This document shows, piece by piece, positions 25,056-39,120 of a stretch of 64,000 nucleotides of DNA. This stretch comes from the human T2T-CHM13v2.0 reference genome, Homo sapiens. The translations under genes and the position numbers were made by a program. The stretch lies in the NCBI RefSeq assembly GCF_009914755.1, contig NC_060934.1, one strand, 5' to 3'. The notes beneath the pieces were generated by a model. That model did no database searches and was not told where the DNA came from. It worked only from the letters and a program-made list of their open reading frames with translations. Each line of letters starts with the position of its first letter. Position 1 is the stretch's first letter.

Positions 25056-27216
25056 CCATGAATGGTATAATTTAATATTTTTCTACAATTTTACTTTTAA
25101 ATGGCTGTGTCTTTTTAAAGACTTCCATATAAACTATATTTTAGTTAATTTAATGACTATGCTATTGGATTTGGCACCATGTCTAATATTTCCATGAATA
25201 TGTTAATAGATAAACCATTGAGTGCATCTCTGATTATCCTTTTATGGAAAATTTCTAATGAATTCCTGGATCCAAGAGTATATACACATCTAAGGATGTT
25301 TCACCTACGGTGAAAGGACTTCCAGAAATGATTATGTCCATTGACACCTCAAGAGTAGCATTTGAGCAGAACCATTGATTTTAACCCTCTCTCAGGGAAG
25401 GCTTTGGAAAAAGAAAAGTAAATAACCTGTAAAAGTTTTAGCTAGTTCAATAAGATAAACTTGGGATGTTGAAGCAATCAATGTTATGTGAAGTTTCCAA
25501 GTTGTTTTAGGGGTTATACTAAATGAAGCAGAGGTCCTATTTCATGGTTCTATTTCTGAACACACCTACCCTGATACATTTCCTGTATATAGAAATGTGA
25601 AGAATGTCAGGATGAGGTGGGGTAAATGGTGAGTACAGAAACGACCTTGGTGAGAAAGTAAACTTGCTCAGGTAGAAAGGGTCTGATTGAAGATGAAAAC
25701 AGAGAGAATTAACATGTATTGATCACATTTCACCGGAAGGCCCCATGTTGCAGACTGTTGCCTATATTTTCAGTAGCTACTCTTCTTTTCCCAACCCCTT
25801 TGTAACTTTTGAATGCCTTCCACTTTTGTTTGCGGGACTGGCTCTGTGTTTGGAGAGAGGGAACTGTGTCTGGCCAATGAAGTGGTGACTTTCCCACTAC
25901 CCCATCCATCACTGGGGTGGAGTAACTGACAAAACACAGTGACACAGCCCCTACCCCAGCAGGAGCTAGGCGTATCATCTGCCCAGGCACCTGATCTTCG
26001 CTTTCCAGGGCTGAGAAAATCCAAGAGCCCTAGAAAGACAGATGTCAAAGGAACATGCTGCCAGGCAGAGACAGCAGTCATTTTTCCATAGATCGACTAT
26101 GTCTGCTTCTGTCTGCCCCCCAGCCCCCCATCCCTTTCACACTTTCCAGTACTGTTTAGAGCCGTCATTTCAGGCTTTGTCTGTTTGATCACCTGTCCCC
26201 TTTGTCAGACCCAGGGAGCCATTTGGAGGCAATGGCGGTGGCCATCTGTGCTGCTAGAATGAGGCTCTTTTTTCATCACTTACCTGTCTTTCCCATTCCA
26301 GAGATTCTTGGCTTAAGGGAGGCAGGTACCTCACTATTCTGGGCACACTGCCACCAGCTGGGTGGGTTTCAAATGTTGGGCCGGCCTTTCAGGTAGGAGG
26401 CTCTACAGGGGATTATGTTTTCTTGGCATTTTTTCCCTCTATCCCCAGAGCACTGAGATTTTAACTTGGCTGTCCCCATCAGCTTGCTCTAGTGAACCCT
26501 CCACTTTAAGGGATTTACTCTTATCCTAAAAGTCAGGCCAGCCAAGGCAAATTAGATTCAGCATCATCTGAACAATAGGGAATGATGAATGGGCTGCTCT
26601 CCATTTCCTGGGGAAAACAAAGTATAAATCCACGCTGAGGAGTGGAATTAGGATTTAGCACAAGGTTTTCCAGATTTCAGAATACTCTTAACAGATACTC
26701 AGGCCTGTAGACAGAGCCTCCAGTTGGTGTGTGCCACTCACACTCTTTTAGGTTGTCTTGGGTCACACGTACTTTCACTTTAAGTAAAAAAACAAGCTCG
26801 GAAAACCAAAGTCTTTCACTTTTGGGCCAAATAGAGGGGAGTCTGTTTTCTAAAAATGTACCACCTGGGAAAAATGAACCTCACATAACCCAGAAACTAC
26901 ATGAGCGCAGCAGTTTTCTACCGTGGCTTAATTTTCTCTTTGAAAATATTGGCAAAGATCAGTACAATTAGTGGTAAGGTTGGAATATTTTAACATCTCA
27001 AAGCTATTTGGTAGATAGAAGGACAGCATGAAGGTAACCTTTGCAGGCCAGATACAAAAATCCAAGTTGAAACTTGGGCTCATGACTTGTCCCTATCTCA
27101 TGAGCGATCTTAACAAGTTACTCAAACTGCCTCTCTCTTCATTTGTACTTAAACCAGGGAAAGTAGTATTTTTCTCCTCCCTAGCTCATGGCAAAATCAT
27201 AAGCATAAAAGTAATT

Positions 27217-27552
<336 letters not shown>

Positions 27553-28591
27553 TCATAAAAATGAAAAAAATGTATTATATGGTAATAACTCCTTAGTCAT
27601 CTAGACAATTTTAATTAGAAATTGATGCATAACAGAAAGACACACTACTAAAGTTTACATTTGTACTATATGAGAAGAAGTAGTTCGCTAAGTAAATCGA
27701 AAGGATAAACAAATTTTAGAAGCATGTTTACATTAAATATATGTAATTAAAAGCTCATGAGTAATTATTTAAAATAAAAGGTGGGAGATCTCCAAATTAA
27801 TCATCTACTGGCACAACCATAACTTAAAAAGATAACAATTTATATTAAATAAATGCAATAAGCTATCATATTAGCCCTAGATATTTATTAGGGTTTTTTC
27901 ATCCTTTTTCCCCATCTCCATTTTAGAACTTGGCTATAATATAACCTGTCAATTATATTTTTGTTTTTCACTGAGTGCAAAGGAATCTTTGCTCACATTT
28001 TAATGAAGGATGGATACCTATAAACATGCAATGACTATTTTTGTAAAACATGTGATGGTCATAGAGAAAAAAGAGCATTTAATTCCCACAAATGACATTT
28101 AAGTTGAGCTTTATACATGAGTACAATTTTAGTAGTAGTGATGGGAAAAGAGCAGTTTTGTGGGAAAGCGTGAAAAGAAAGCTTCTAAGAACATGATGTT
28201 TTCAGAAACTGCCAAACAGCTCAGCTCTGTTGGATAGTAAGATACAAAATAAAACAAAACAAAAAACAGATAAATAATAAGAGACAACTTTGAAAACCAC
28301 AGAGCATGACATGGATCCATCTTTGAGTGCCATGTTGTGGAGTTTAAAATTTATTCTGAAGAGATCAAGAACATTTGGATATATTTAAGAAAAAGTATTC
28401 TATAATGAGACTTGTGATTTTGGAAAAGCTTCAGAATGAGCCTTGAGAATGGTCTCAAACACAGAGAGAGGTTTGGAGTTAGGGTTAGGTCAGGGAAAGC
28501 AGCAAGAATATCTGTGACACACTTAGTTGATCAAGTTTTGAGGCTAAATTAAAGAAACCCTAATATGAAGCCATTCATCAAAATAATGACA

Positions 28592-28888
28592 TGTGGGGTG
28601 TAGTGGCTCATGCCTGTAATCCCAACACTTTGAGATGCCGAGGGGAGAGGATCACTTGAGCTCATGAGTTCGAGAGCAGCCTGGCCAACCAAGTGAGACC
28701 CTGTCTCTACAAAAATAAAAATAAAAATTAGCTAGGTGTGGTGACCTGTACCTGTAGTCCCAGCTACTTAGAAAAATGAGGCGGGAGGATCACTTGAGCC
28801 CAGGAGGTTGAGGTGGCAGTAAGCCCTATTCATACCATGGCACTCCAGTCTGGGCAACAGAGTGACACCCTGTCTTTAATAATAATAA
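28592..28888 (+). mobile_element. AluJ SINE
   Basis: gaggatcacttgagc in both arms, gtgagaccctgtctc. Confidence 0.9.
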
Positions 28889-29767
28889 CTGCATTTTTTA
28901 TTTCCTATAGTATGAAACAGAAATAATTGAGAATATATCTGTATAGATATAAACAGAGCTAAACATATAACTTGTGGTCATTAAAATTAAGAATATTATT
29001 TAAGAAGTATAGAGAATCACAGGAATAAGGGTTGAGAACACACCAAAAAAGCTTGTTAACAAACGGGAGGTAAAGAGGGAGAGTCAGTGAAAGAATCCAA
29101 GAAAAAAATCTTTAGGGGAAAATTAAAAGCACAAGGTGCCTGGAATATTACTGACGCCAAGGAAAAAAAGCATTTAGGAAAAAAACAATTTTTTTGGAAA
29201 CTCAGATACCACAGAGTCTGAATCCAGTGAGGCTTAGGCCATTAGCATAAACATAGAAACATTTATGACCTTTGAAAGCACAGTTTCAGAGGAGACAAAG
29301 AAAGGACAAAATGGATGGCATGGAGCAGAGAAAATAGTACAGGATTGCACGATAAGCACTGTGGATAGCAGGCATTTTCCTCTGAAAACCAAGTTCAGAG
29401 AATGGAGGATATGTACCGAGGATAAAAAAGAAAATCAGAGGAGAGGGAAGGACTGAGGATTGAAGAGAGCTAAGAGATCAAAGAGATGGTTCATAAAGAC
29501 ACGTCCTTCAGAAAGTGAGAGCAGATGGTTTTACATGTTCAGGTGCATGTGCATGTGGAAAGAAAAATTGCTTCAAATTTCTTGGTGTTAGAGAAAAATA
29601 TATTGGTACTAAAACTATTGAGTTTCGAAGCAATGACAAAGGAAATTGGAGGACTTCACATCAGTTGTACTTGCTTTTCTTCTTTAAAATGAGAGCTAAT
29701 TGGTAGGAAAGGATGCAGGAAGGGTAGTTTGGGCATGCCAGGATGATTAGAAAATACTCAGACAGTG

Positions 29768-30052
29768 GGCCGAGCGCAGTAGCTCACACCTGTAATCCCA
29801 GCACTTTGGGAGGCCAAGGCAGGCGGGTCACGAGGTCGGGAGTTAGAGACCAGCCAGACCAACGTGGTGAAACCCCATCTCTACTAAAAATACAAAAATT
29901 AGCCAAGTGTGGTGGCATGCCTGTAATCCCAGCTACTCAGGAGGCTGAGGCAGGGGAATCGCTTGAACCTGGGAGGCGGAGGTTGCAGTGAGCCAAGATC
30001 ACACCGTTGTACTCCAGCCTGTGCAACAGAGTGAGAATCTGTCTCTGGCTCT

Positions 30053-30089
<37 letters not shown>

Positions 30090-30127
30090 ACACACACACA
30101 CACACAAATAAATAAATAAAAGAAAAT
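29768..30127 (+). mobile_element. AluSg-like SINE with (CT)n(CA)n microsatellite tail
   Basis: Full Alu; compound microsatellite 30050-30106; TSD agacagtgg. Confidence 0.92.
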
Positions 30128-33100
30128 AGACAGTGGAATGGGCAAGGGAATTAACCGGGTATTAAAAGTGATAGTGACAAATAGCGTCTAGCTCATAGCT
30201 GATGTGGAATCACATGACGTCCTTGTATTTTGTTACCCATATCGATTTTTTTTTAAAGTAAAACATGTTCGACATGAACATATGGAAAGGATTATAATAC
30301 AAAGGAGACAAGTGTTAACCACAATACTACCAAATACAGATAAATGATCTTATATCTCAATGTATCTATTTATCTATCTGTATCTATCATTTTGTATACA
30401 TGAGTGAGTGTATACTAATATGCTATTTTTTAAAAAAATTATATCAAGGTGATCTTCTATTACCCAGGGTCCTGGCAGGGAGAAGATGGCATATCACTCA
30501 AATGTGGTGATTGAGGAGAGTCTAAGAAAGTGTCCATTTATAACCATACTGGTAGAGTAAAGTAACCAAGAAAAATTGGTGAATTATCCAAGGCTAGTCA
30601 CAGGTTGGGATGAGTGAGAGGCCTGAGGGAGTAGGGAAGAGCTTTCAAGAAACTCGTAAGACCCATAGCTTTACAGAGGGTCATTCAACAGGAGCCTTGG
30701 CCACTGGTAGTGATGTAGCCATTGCTGACCCATGCCTCTGGAGAGAAGGGCTGAGGATATAAGTATTCTGAGAGATTTCTCCTCCTACCCTCTCATCTAC
30801 TGCTGATGCCTCATACTGGCTGACTCCAAAGAGAATTCAGAGCACAAGTGAGTCTGGGTGATGCAATCCATGGAGGCTGTCTCCAGCAGGGCGGAGATGG
30901 GTGGAGTAGATCTGGAGGGGACATCAGAGAGGCAACAAGTACCACATCTGTTTTTTAGGATTGGAATTTAGCATCCCTGAAGCAGAACCAAAAAAAAAAA
31001 TAATAGTTGGTTGAGAATCGATCTTGTGTCTTAAATCAGAAAAAAAAGGCAGATTTTTTTAAAGGATAAGACAATAAAATCTAGAGTACTCAGAGATAAG
31101 CTTGAATAATTCAGATCATAGCTCAACATTGTTCAAGAGAAAAGTGTTCAAATTCAATAAGACCAGCAATTTTTTTTTCCTCCTTGTCATTAAGAGTAGG
31201 GAGTTGAAATAGCCTGCTGGACCTAGGGGCTCTTTTCTGGAGAATTTCCAGAATTATTTGGAAGCAAATGTAAAGACAATTCTGGTATGAAGTCATTAAA
31301 ATATCCCAGATTAAATGGAAGTAAGACCCTGAGTATTGTTGTAGATGTACTTTTGTTTCATATTTTTACTTTTCTGAATCAACATGTGTCTTACAATAAA
31401 AATAATGTTTCTTTTTTTCTTTTCCAAAATTGGTTTTTATATTTGTGTTTCCTCTTACAATCGAAGACACTTTACCACATAGGAAGTATGGTAGTGGTGA
31501 AGAAGTTATAAAAAAAGACAACCCAAAAAGTCTGAGATTGACATGATAATTACTAAAACAAACTTTCAATCAAAATGCATCTGAATATTCTTTTGGCAGG
31601 TGCTTATTGATGTAAATTGAATGGAAGATGAAGTAAGCAGATTGCCATTTAAATCTTAATTAAATTAAGACTTAAACGTCAGTCCAGTCTTTTAGAGTTC
31701 TCAATAAATGGGACAAAACTAAGCAAGATGAGGGAAAAAAATTAAGAAGCAGCTTTGCTCAATTTTTAATATATCACTTGCAGCCCAAATTAGAAGATGA
31801 GGAAAAAGAGATAAAGAAGAGTCCTCTTAAGATTCACTGGGGGCATTTTTGAAGTTGCATCAGTGATATTTGTACCATCACCATCCACTCCACTATTATC
31901 TACAACATAACCCCACAGTTTTCAGGAAATTCCATGTCATTCAGCCATGCATCTATTAGAAATGCAAAGCATTCTTGCTAAGAGAACTCAGTGTAAAAGG
32001 GCAGTGTTGGAATTGGTATATATTTGGCACAGAAACCTTCCTTTGAAGTCCACTGGGAATCGTGGGGTAGATGTCATAATTCTAGTCTCTTAACCTAATC
32101 AGGTTTCCTCACCCTATTCTAAAAACTTGGAAACTGGCAGATTTTATGGTTGCCTTACATAAAATCTGTGGTAGTTTCTCCAGTATGACGGTTCTGTCGT
32201 AGACTTTAAGTAGCTTTAGAAGATATCTGTGTCAATCTTTTATATCCAAAGTTTAAATGACTTATGCTCAATAAAATGTATTCAGCATTATTGTACACAC
32301 TGCTTTATACAAGCCTCTAGGGTTACAGAGATAAAATCTGCAGTGTTTCCCTGTCAAAGAATTTACATTCTGTTATTAGAAGCAGTTATGTAAATAAATA
32401 AATGTCACAGAGCATACCACATGCTATAATTCCAGCAGAGTTCAAAGTCCTCCAGGAGAGAAACAAAGCAGGAAATATCTGACTTTATCTAGGAATAACT
32501 GCAGCAGATTCTTAAGTGAGATGACATAAATTGAGTCCTAAGGAACTTGAGTGAAGTATGATTTTTTAGTCTCCAGTTCTAAGTACATATTGGATTTTCT
32601 TGTTTCTCTTCTGCACTGGTAAAAATTCTTATTGAGTTTTTTGGAAAAAAAAATTAAGTCAGAAAATTACTCTAAAAGCATTTTCATATAAATAATTGCG
32701 TAATACATTCAAATCATTTTTAATATAAATAACTTAGACATAGGTCTACCAATAACAGAGAATGGAGACATCTTGAGAAGCATTAAAATTTTACGTATTA
32801 TTTTTAGTACACCTGAATTGGAAGTTTTTGTGCCAAAGTCTTATATTAGGACTTGTGAATGTATGTAAAGGCACAGAGACTTTGACTCCTATGTGCTTTA
32901 CATGTGAGAAAGGGAGACACAGACTCCCAGGAATAAAGTCTATATCTAAAGTAGTCTATGAGAATAGTTAACATGTAGGCACAAAAGAACTATAATCTGG
33001 TAATGAGAGGAGAGAGAATTCTACGAAGGAGAACTTAAATGTTTCTTGGAGGAAGTGAAGATTTCTATTCACATTCACACTGAATTGTTTCCTCAACCAT

Positions 33101-34911
33101 AGTGACAGGATAATCCTGGTGATAAATTTTTCTGATCTGCATGTGTCCAGGATCAACTGTGAAAGATCGCACATTTATCAATGGAATATCCGTGGTAATG
33201 TGCGCAAACTGTAAGAAATGCAAGGATGCGATGGTCTCACGCTGGGATCAATATGGCCTTGACCTCAATGAACCATAGAATCTGGCTACACTAGGATGCC
33301 AAGTCACACAGATAGGCCACAACCTTTAGGAGTGGAGAGAGAGCCAGGTCTTTGTGAATTATGCATAATTTGCAAATTATTTTTTCTCCTCCCAAACTTC
33401 TAATCTACAACAATGAATGGGTGCACATCTCTCAGCAGATATGATTTTTTTTTCAAGCTGGCATCAAGTGAAGAAGATGAGGTGGTATCAGATAAGATGC
33501 TGCTACTAGTTGGCTAAACTAAATAAATGCTGAGGCTTAGGTTTATCCAAGTCTTGGGTTTCTGCCCAAACCTATTTATAAGCATTAGTGGGAAATGCAG
33601 AGGCTGCGTATCTCAGAAAACTGAATTTACTAGACTAAGTATTAGGTTCCATATTACTCTACAGGAATGTCAAATCTTAACAGTATCCTCAACTGTAAAA
33701 TGGATTCGATTGGTCTGTCAGAGTTCATGGAGTAGATTAAAAATATCTGAACGAGTGACTTTTAGAAACAGCAAGTAGAAAGTACCATATAATGCTAAAT
33801 AATCTTATTAAATTTCAAGATGCTGTGGCAAGTGGCACCAGGTAAATGCTTAGTACATTAGGGCCTATTTGATTTGCATTTACCTTCAAGAAAATACAGT
33901 TTTTGAAGTAATTTTGTTTCTATACACTATAGCTTCTAAAGAGCCATACATCTTGTTTGTATCTCTGAGGCTCTATGAAACTCTTGATTGAAATGAAATG
34001 TATCATCCGGCTTCTGTGTTGATTGTAGTTGAGCAAAGAAAGAGAGTGAGTAGGTTCTCCAGAATGTAAAAAATATGTGAGATGTAGTTGCGTTTTTCTA
34101 ATGCAAAATTTATTGCCTATTGCCTTAAGAAATGAAAGTATCCTTTCCTATAAAAATGCAGTAGGGTAACCTTCTTTTGTCTGGAATGAAAAGACACAAT
34201 TATAAAGGGCACAGTTATAAAAATAAACACACAATTATATTCACCAAATCTACTAGCAAATATTGTACCCTGGACCTAGTTTACCACTATGGAGACAATG
34301 AAGATGTGTTTAACTGCAAGACACTCATGTGCCTACTCTGTGTTCTAATAAGGAACAGAGATTATGGATTTCCTTTGTATACTTTTTTGAAATAAGTAGC
34401 TAATCTAGTTGCCACATAAATGGTAGTTGTCCTGGAGTGCCACCTATAACTACAGTGAGTAAATGAGAAATGAGTCTTTGCTGTATCTAGCCATTGAAAT
34501 GTAGGGGCTTTCTGTTTCTATAGCATAGTTCTGTCTATACTGACCAATACTTCACCACTAAACTACTTTTTTCTTTTCATTAGAAGATGAAATCAACAGA
34601 TTTTAATTACTTACATTAGGCATGCAATTAGTTTATTGTCCCCTTCAAGAAGCTTTAAGAAGGGAAGAAAAGATGAATGCTCTAGAAAATTTCCAATTAA
34701 TTCTCTCCCTTTTTTGGAAATTACACTTGCTTTCTTCTTCATGATTCTATAGAGAGGTCCTCAATGACTCCTTAAAACCCAAGTTTCAAATAGTGGCTTC
34801 CTGGACAGAACTGTAGGGACTGCTGGAAAATTCTGCCATTCACCTCCATTCCCAAGGACCTTGTAGACACTGAAGAATCCCACCTTCAGGTAGAGATGGG
34901 AATAGCATGAG

Positions 34912-35087
34912 CAGGGCCATTGTCACAGGGGTGTCATCTTTACAAACACATAGGGTCCACCTAGAAGAGGCCCATGAATGAGAGAATGCTCTGCTTTCGC
35001 CATTTTGAAATTCTCACTAATTTACAAGAGTATGTGTATTGTATTTTCAGTTTGCACTAGGATCCAAAAATTATGTAACTGGTCCTG
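34912..35087 (+). mobile_element. MER91A-like hAT-Tip100 MITE
   Basis: Termini cagggcc...ggtcctg; ttttcagtttgcactaggatccaaaaattatgtaactgg. Confidence 0.65.
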
Positions 35088-36499
35088 ATTTGGGGCAATA
35101 CTTTGCAATCATTGGCAGTGCATTTTCTATGGCGTACAAGACATGTTAACATCTTTGACAGATCTCTGTCTCTGTTTCCAGGATGTTGGCTGCATTTTGA
35201 TATAAGGAAGCAAATTATTGTCTGCTCCAAAGAGGGTAGGGAACCTGAGGTTTAATACGTCCTGTATAAGCTCACTTCATTTTTGGTAGTTCCAACCTGA
35301 AGGAGAAAGAAGGGACTAATATCTGCCTTGCATTTGGAATTGCCAAGGCCTAGATATACAGATACAAATGGTTTTCAGGGACCCCACAATATGGGATTTC
35401 TTTAAGTTCTACCATTAGTGAGTACAGTATTACTCCGTGCTGGGCTCCTTAGCATGTCAAGCTGCCAACTCAGCAACCTCATATTGGAGCCCACCAGTAA
35501 TTAATGGCGCTAATATGAAATACGCAGAGTGAATGAATAATCATTGTAAACAAGAAAAGAAGTTAATGCAAGTTTTACTTTTACTATACCAAGTGCATTT
35601 AAAATTGTTTGTTGTTTTCAACTCCATGTGAGTTTTTGCTAACTGCGTAACCTCAAACTCATGTATTCAATGCATCAGGTAGTTCCATCTGTTAAATAAA
35701 AGAAGGTCTATCCAGGTTGCAATGAGGCATCAAGTTTCACTCTGAATCTTACTCATATAGAGCTCTCTACATCGAATTTATCCCTGCTCCTCCCCTAGCC
35801 TCACCTAAAATGTTTTGCATTTCATTTGAATATTTTGTCTCTCTCAATAAACAATAAAAACATCAAAGGTGTTAACATCTCTTGCTATCCAGTTTATCGA
35901 AGAGCAGGCATGCAATGAATGAATCTTTCCATTGTCAACTTAGGAAAACTCTGAGTTAATAAACAGTGAAACAAATCTATGAAAGTTTGGCAGTAAAACA
36001 ATATGACTCAGTTGCCAAGTCATCCCTGTATTTTGTTTTAATATTCCATACATCTGCACCTAAGAATAAATCCTATTTGTTAAAGTGAACTTAATAACTT
36101 TAAAGAGAGAGACAGGTAAATATTTTAGACAACAGAACAAAGGATGGCCATCTGCCCATTAGTAGGCACTAAGCAAATGTTTAAGGAATGAATAGCTGAA
36201 CAAAAGTTATTGCCTTCACTCAGCAACTATGACTAAAAATAATGATGAATACTTCTATAGTATACCACATGGCGGAAACATTGTTAAGTGTTTTCTATGT
36301 ATAATCTCAATAATCTTTAGAGCAATCCTAAGAACAAGTGAATATAATTATCCTATGAGGAAACTGATATAGAGAGAGGCTTAGTAATCTGATTATTGGT
36401 AGAAATAAGATTTAAAGCTGGTTATTGGTGGAAAAAAGATTTAAAACTAGGCAGTCCCTTCAGTCTGTGGTCTTAACCACTGGGCAAAATATCTGGGTA

Positions 36500-36880
36500 G
36501 ATTTTGTTGTTGTCAAAATATTCCCTATCCTTTCCCACCAGGCCCATTCCTATAACATCATCATATTTCTCACTTCATTGAAGTCACACTGGCCATATGA
36601 CTTGCTTTGGCCAATTAAATATAAATGGAAGAGATATGTGACACTTCTGATAATTTAAAAGCCATCATATTGTTTCTAAAACTATGTTTTTCTTCTTCTT
36701 AGATACAAGCAGTGCCTTAAAGAAAAACTATTCCTTCATCTAGATTGGGTCCAAGAATAAAAAGTCAAAGATAAATTATGATAAACTTCTAATGTTAGAA
36801 AACAAAATAATTCTTTGTTTCAAACCACTGAAATATAGGGTATATTTGTTATGACAGCATAACTTAGCTAAATAATGCAT
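36500..36880 (+). mobile_element. Old MLT1 LTR fragment
   Basis: ggccatatgacttgctttggccaat...ccactgaaatatagggtatatttgttatgacagcataacttagc. Confidence 0.6.
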
Positions 36881-38538
36881 TGCATTTTTTAAGACTGCAT
36901 AAAATTTTACTAGATTTAGTAAAATTTTGCTAGACTTAATTGATTTTGCATAAAATCAATTGATAATTCTGTGTTCTGTGTTTTGTGTCCTACAGTCTGT
37001 AGAAATATTATTTTATACATAGAGATTAACACAGAGTCCACAGAAGGGGAAAACAGGTGGTATAATGTGGAAAAAGAGTGGACTGGAAATCAGAAATAAA
37101 AAATCTGACTTGAATCAATTGCATAACTTTGGGCAAATCACTTAACCTCTCTAATATTTGGTTTAGTCATCTGCAGAATGAGAATGCTTCATAGGAAAGC
37201 CGTATTAGGAACATTTTAGCCTTAAAATTACATGCATAGTAGATTCAATGCAAAGCCAATAAAAATCCCAGTAAGCTATACCATAAAAAATGACAAACTG
37301 ATTATAAAGTTTCGATCATATGGCAAATGACCCAGAATAGCTTACACAATACTAACGAAAAAGTTAGAGAACTGACACTACCCAACTTTAAGACTTACTA
37401 GATACCCATAGTAATCAAGATAGTGTAAAACCAGTAAAAGAATAGATGTATAGAACAATAGTATATAGTAGGTAGTCTAGAAATAGATCTAATCAAGTGT
37501 AATCAACTGATCTTTGACAAACAAGCAAAGGTAATTCAATGGAGAAAATGTAGTCTTTTCAACAAGTGATGCTGGGACAATTGAACATTCATATGCAAAA
37601 AGCACGAACTCTAGAAATAGATCTGACATTTGTCACAAAAATTAACTCAAAATGAATCATAGACCTAAGAGCAAAATGCAAAATTGTAAAAGTTCTATAA
37701 GAAAACAAGAGAAAATCTAGCTGAATTTGGCTTTGGCAATGAGTTCTGAAATAGAATACCAAAATCATGATCCATAAAGGAAAATATTTGTAAGTTGGGC
37801 TTAATTAAAATTTCTGAAAAATACACTGTGAAGAGAATGAAAATACAAGCCACAGACCAAGAGAAAATATTTGTAGAAAAAAATATCTGAAAAAGGACTT
37901 GTATCCAAAATATACAAACCACTCATAAAACTCAAAAATAGCTGGAGCAGTTAGGCAAGAAAAAGAAATAAAAGGCAGCAAAATAAAAAATAAAGAAGGA
38001 AAATTATCTCTGTTCACAGATAACATGACCTTATGTAGAAAACTCTAATGATTCACCAAAAGGAAAAACTATTGAAACTAATAAAATTTAATAAGGTTGC
38101 ACTATATAAAATAAACACCCAAAAATCAGTATTTCTATATACTGAAAATGAACAATCTAAAAATAAAATTAAGTAAACATTTTAATTTACAATAGCATCA
38201 AAAAGAATAAAGTACCATATTTAGGAATAAACTTAGGCAAGGAGGTTCAAGACTTGTACACTGAAAACTACAAAACGTTTCTGAAAGAGATAAACTAATG
38301 GAGAGATAGTTCATGTTCATGGATTGGAAGACAATAGTTCTAAAAAGTCAATACTACTCAAAGCCATCTATAAATTTAATACAATTTTCATCAAAATTCT
38401 AACAGCAAGTTTTTTGCAGAAATAAAAAAAAATTCTAAAATTCATATGGAATCTCAAGGGACCCCAAATTGTGAAAACAATCTTGAAAAAGAAGAACAAA
38501 CTTGGAAGATTTGCACTTTCTCATTTAAAAACTTATTA

Positions 38539-38787
<249 letters not shown>

Positions 38788-38940
38788 TCACATATAACTA
38801 AATAACTTTTGACAAGGGAGCCAAGACCATTCAATAGGGGAAGGAACAGTCTCTCAATGAATGGTGTTGGGAAAAGTAAATATTCACATTAAAAATAATG
38901 AAGTTGGACCCTCACCTTACACCATATATAAAAATTAACT

Positions 38941-39120
38941 GATTTTCTCTTGTGGCAAGAGCAGCTAAAATCTACTCATTTATCAAAACATACTGAATGC
39001 CATACATTATTATTGACTATAGATCCTTGTGTTGTACATTTGATCTTTATACTTGTTCATCTTACATATCAACAATACCGTAATGTTGTATGCCTTAGAT
39101 ATACACAATACATTCTTTTC
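38941..39120. mobile_element. Short 5'-inverted L1MA8/9-like 3' end
   Basis: Antisense L1MA 3' UTR (38941-39070) joined to sense terminus; TSD aaaa(g)ttaact. Confidence 0.65.
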
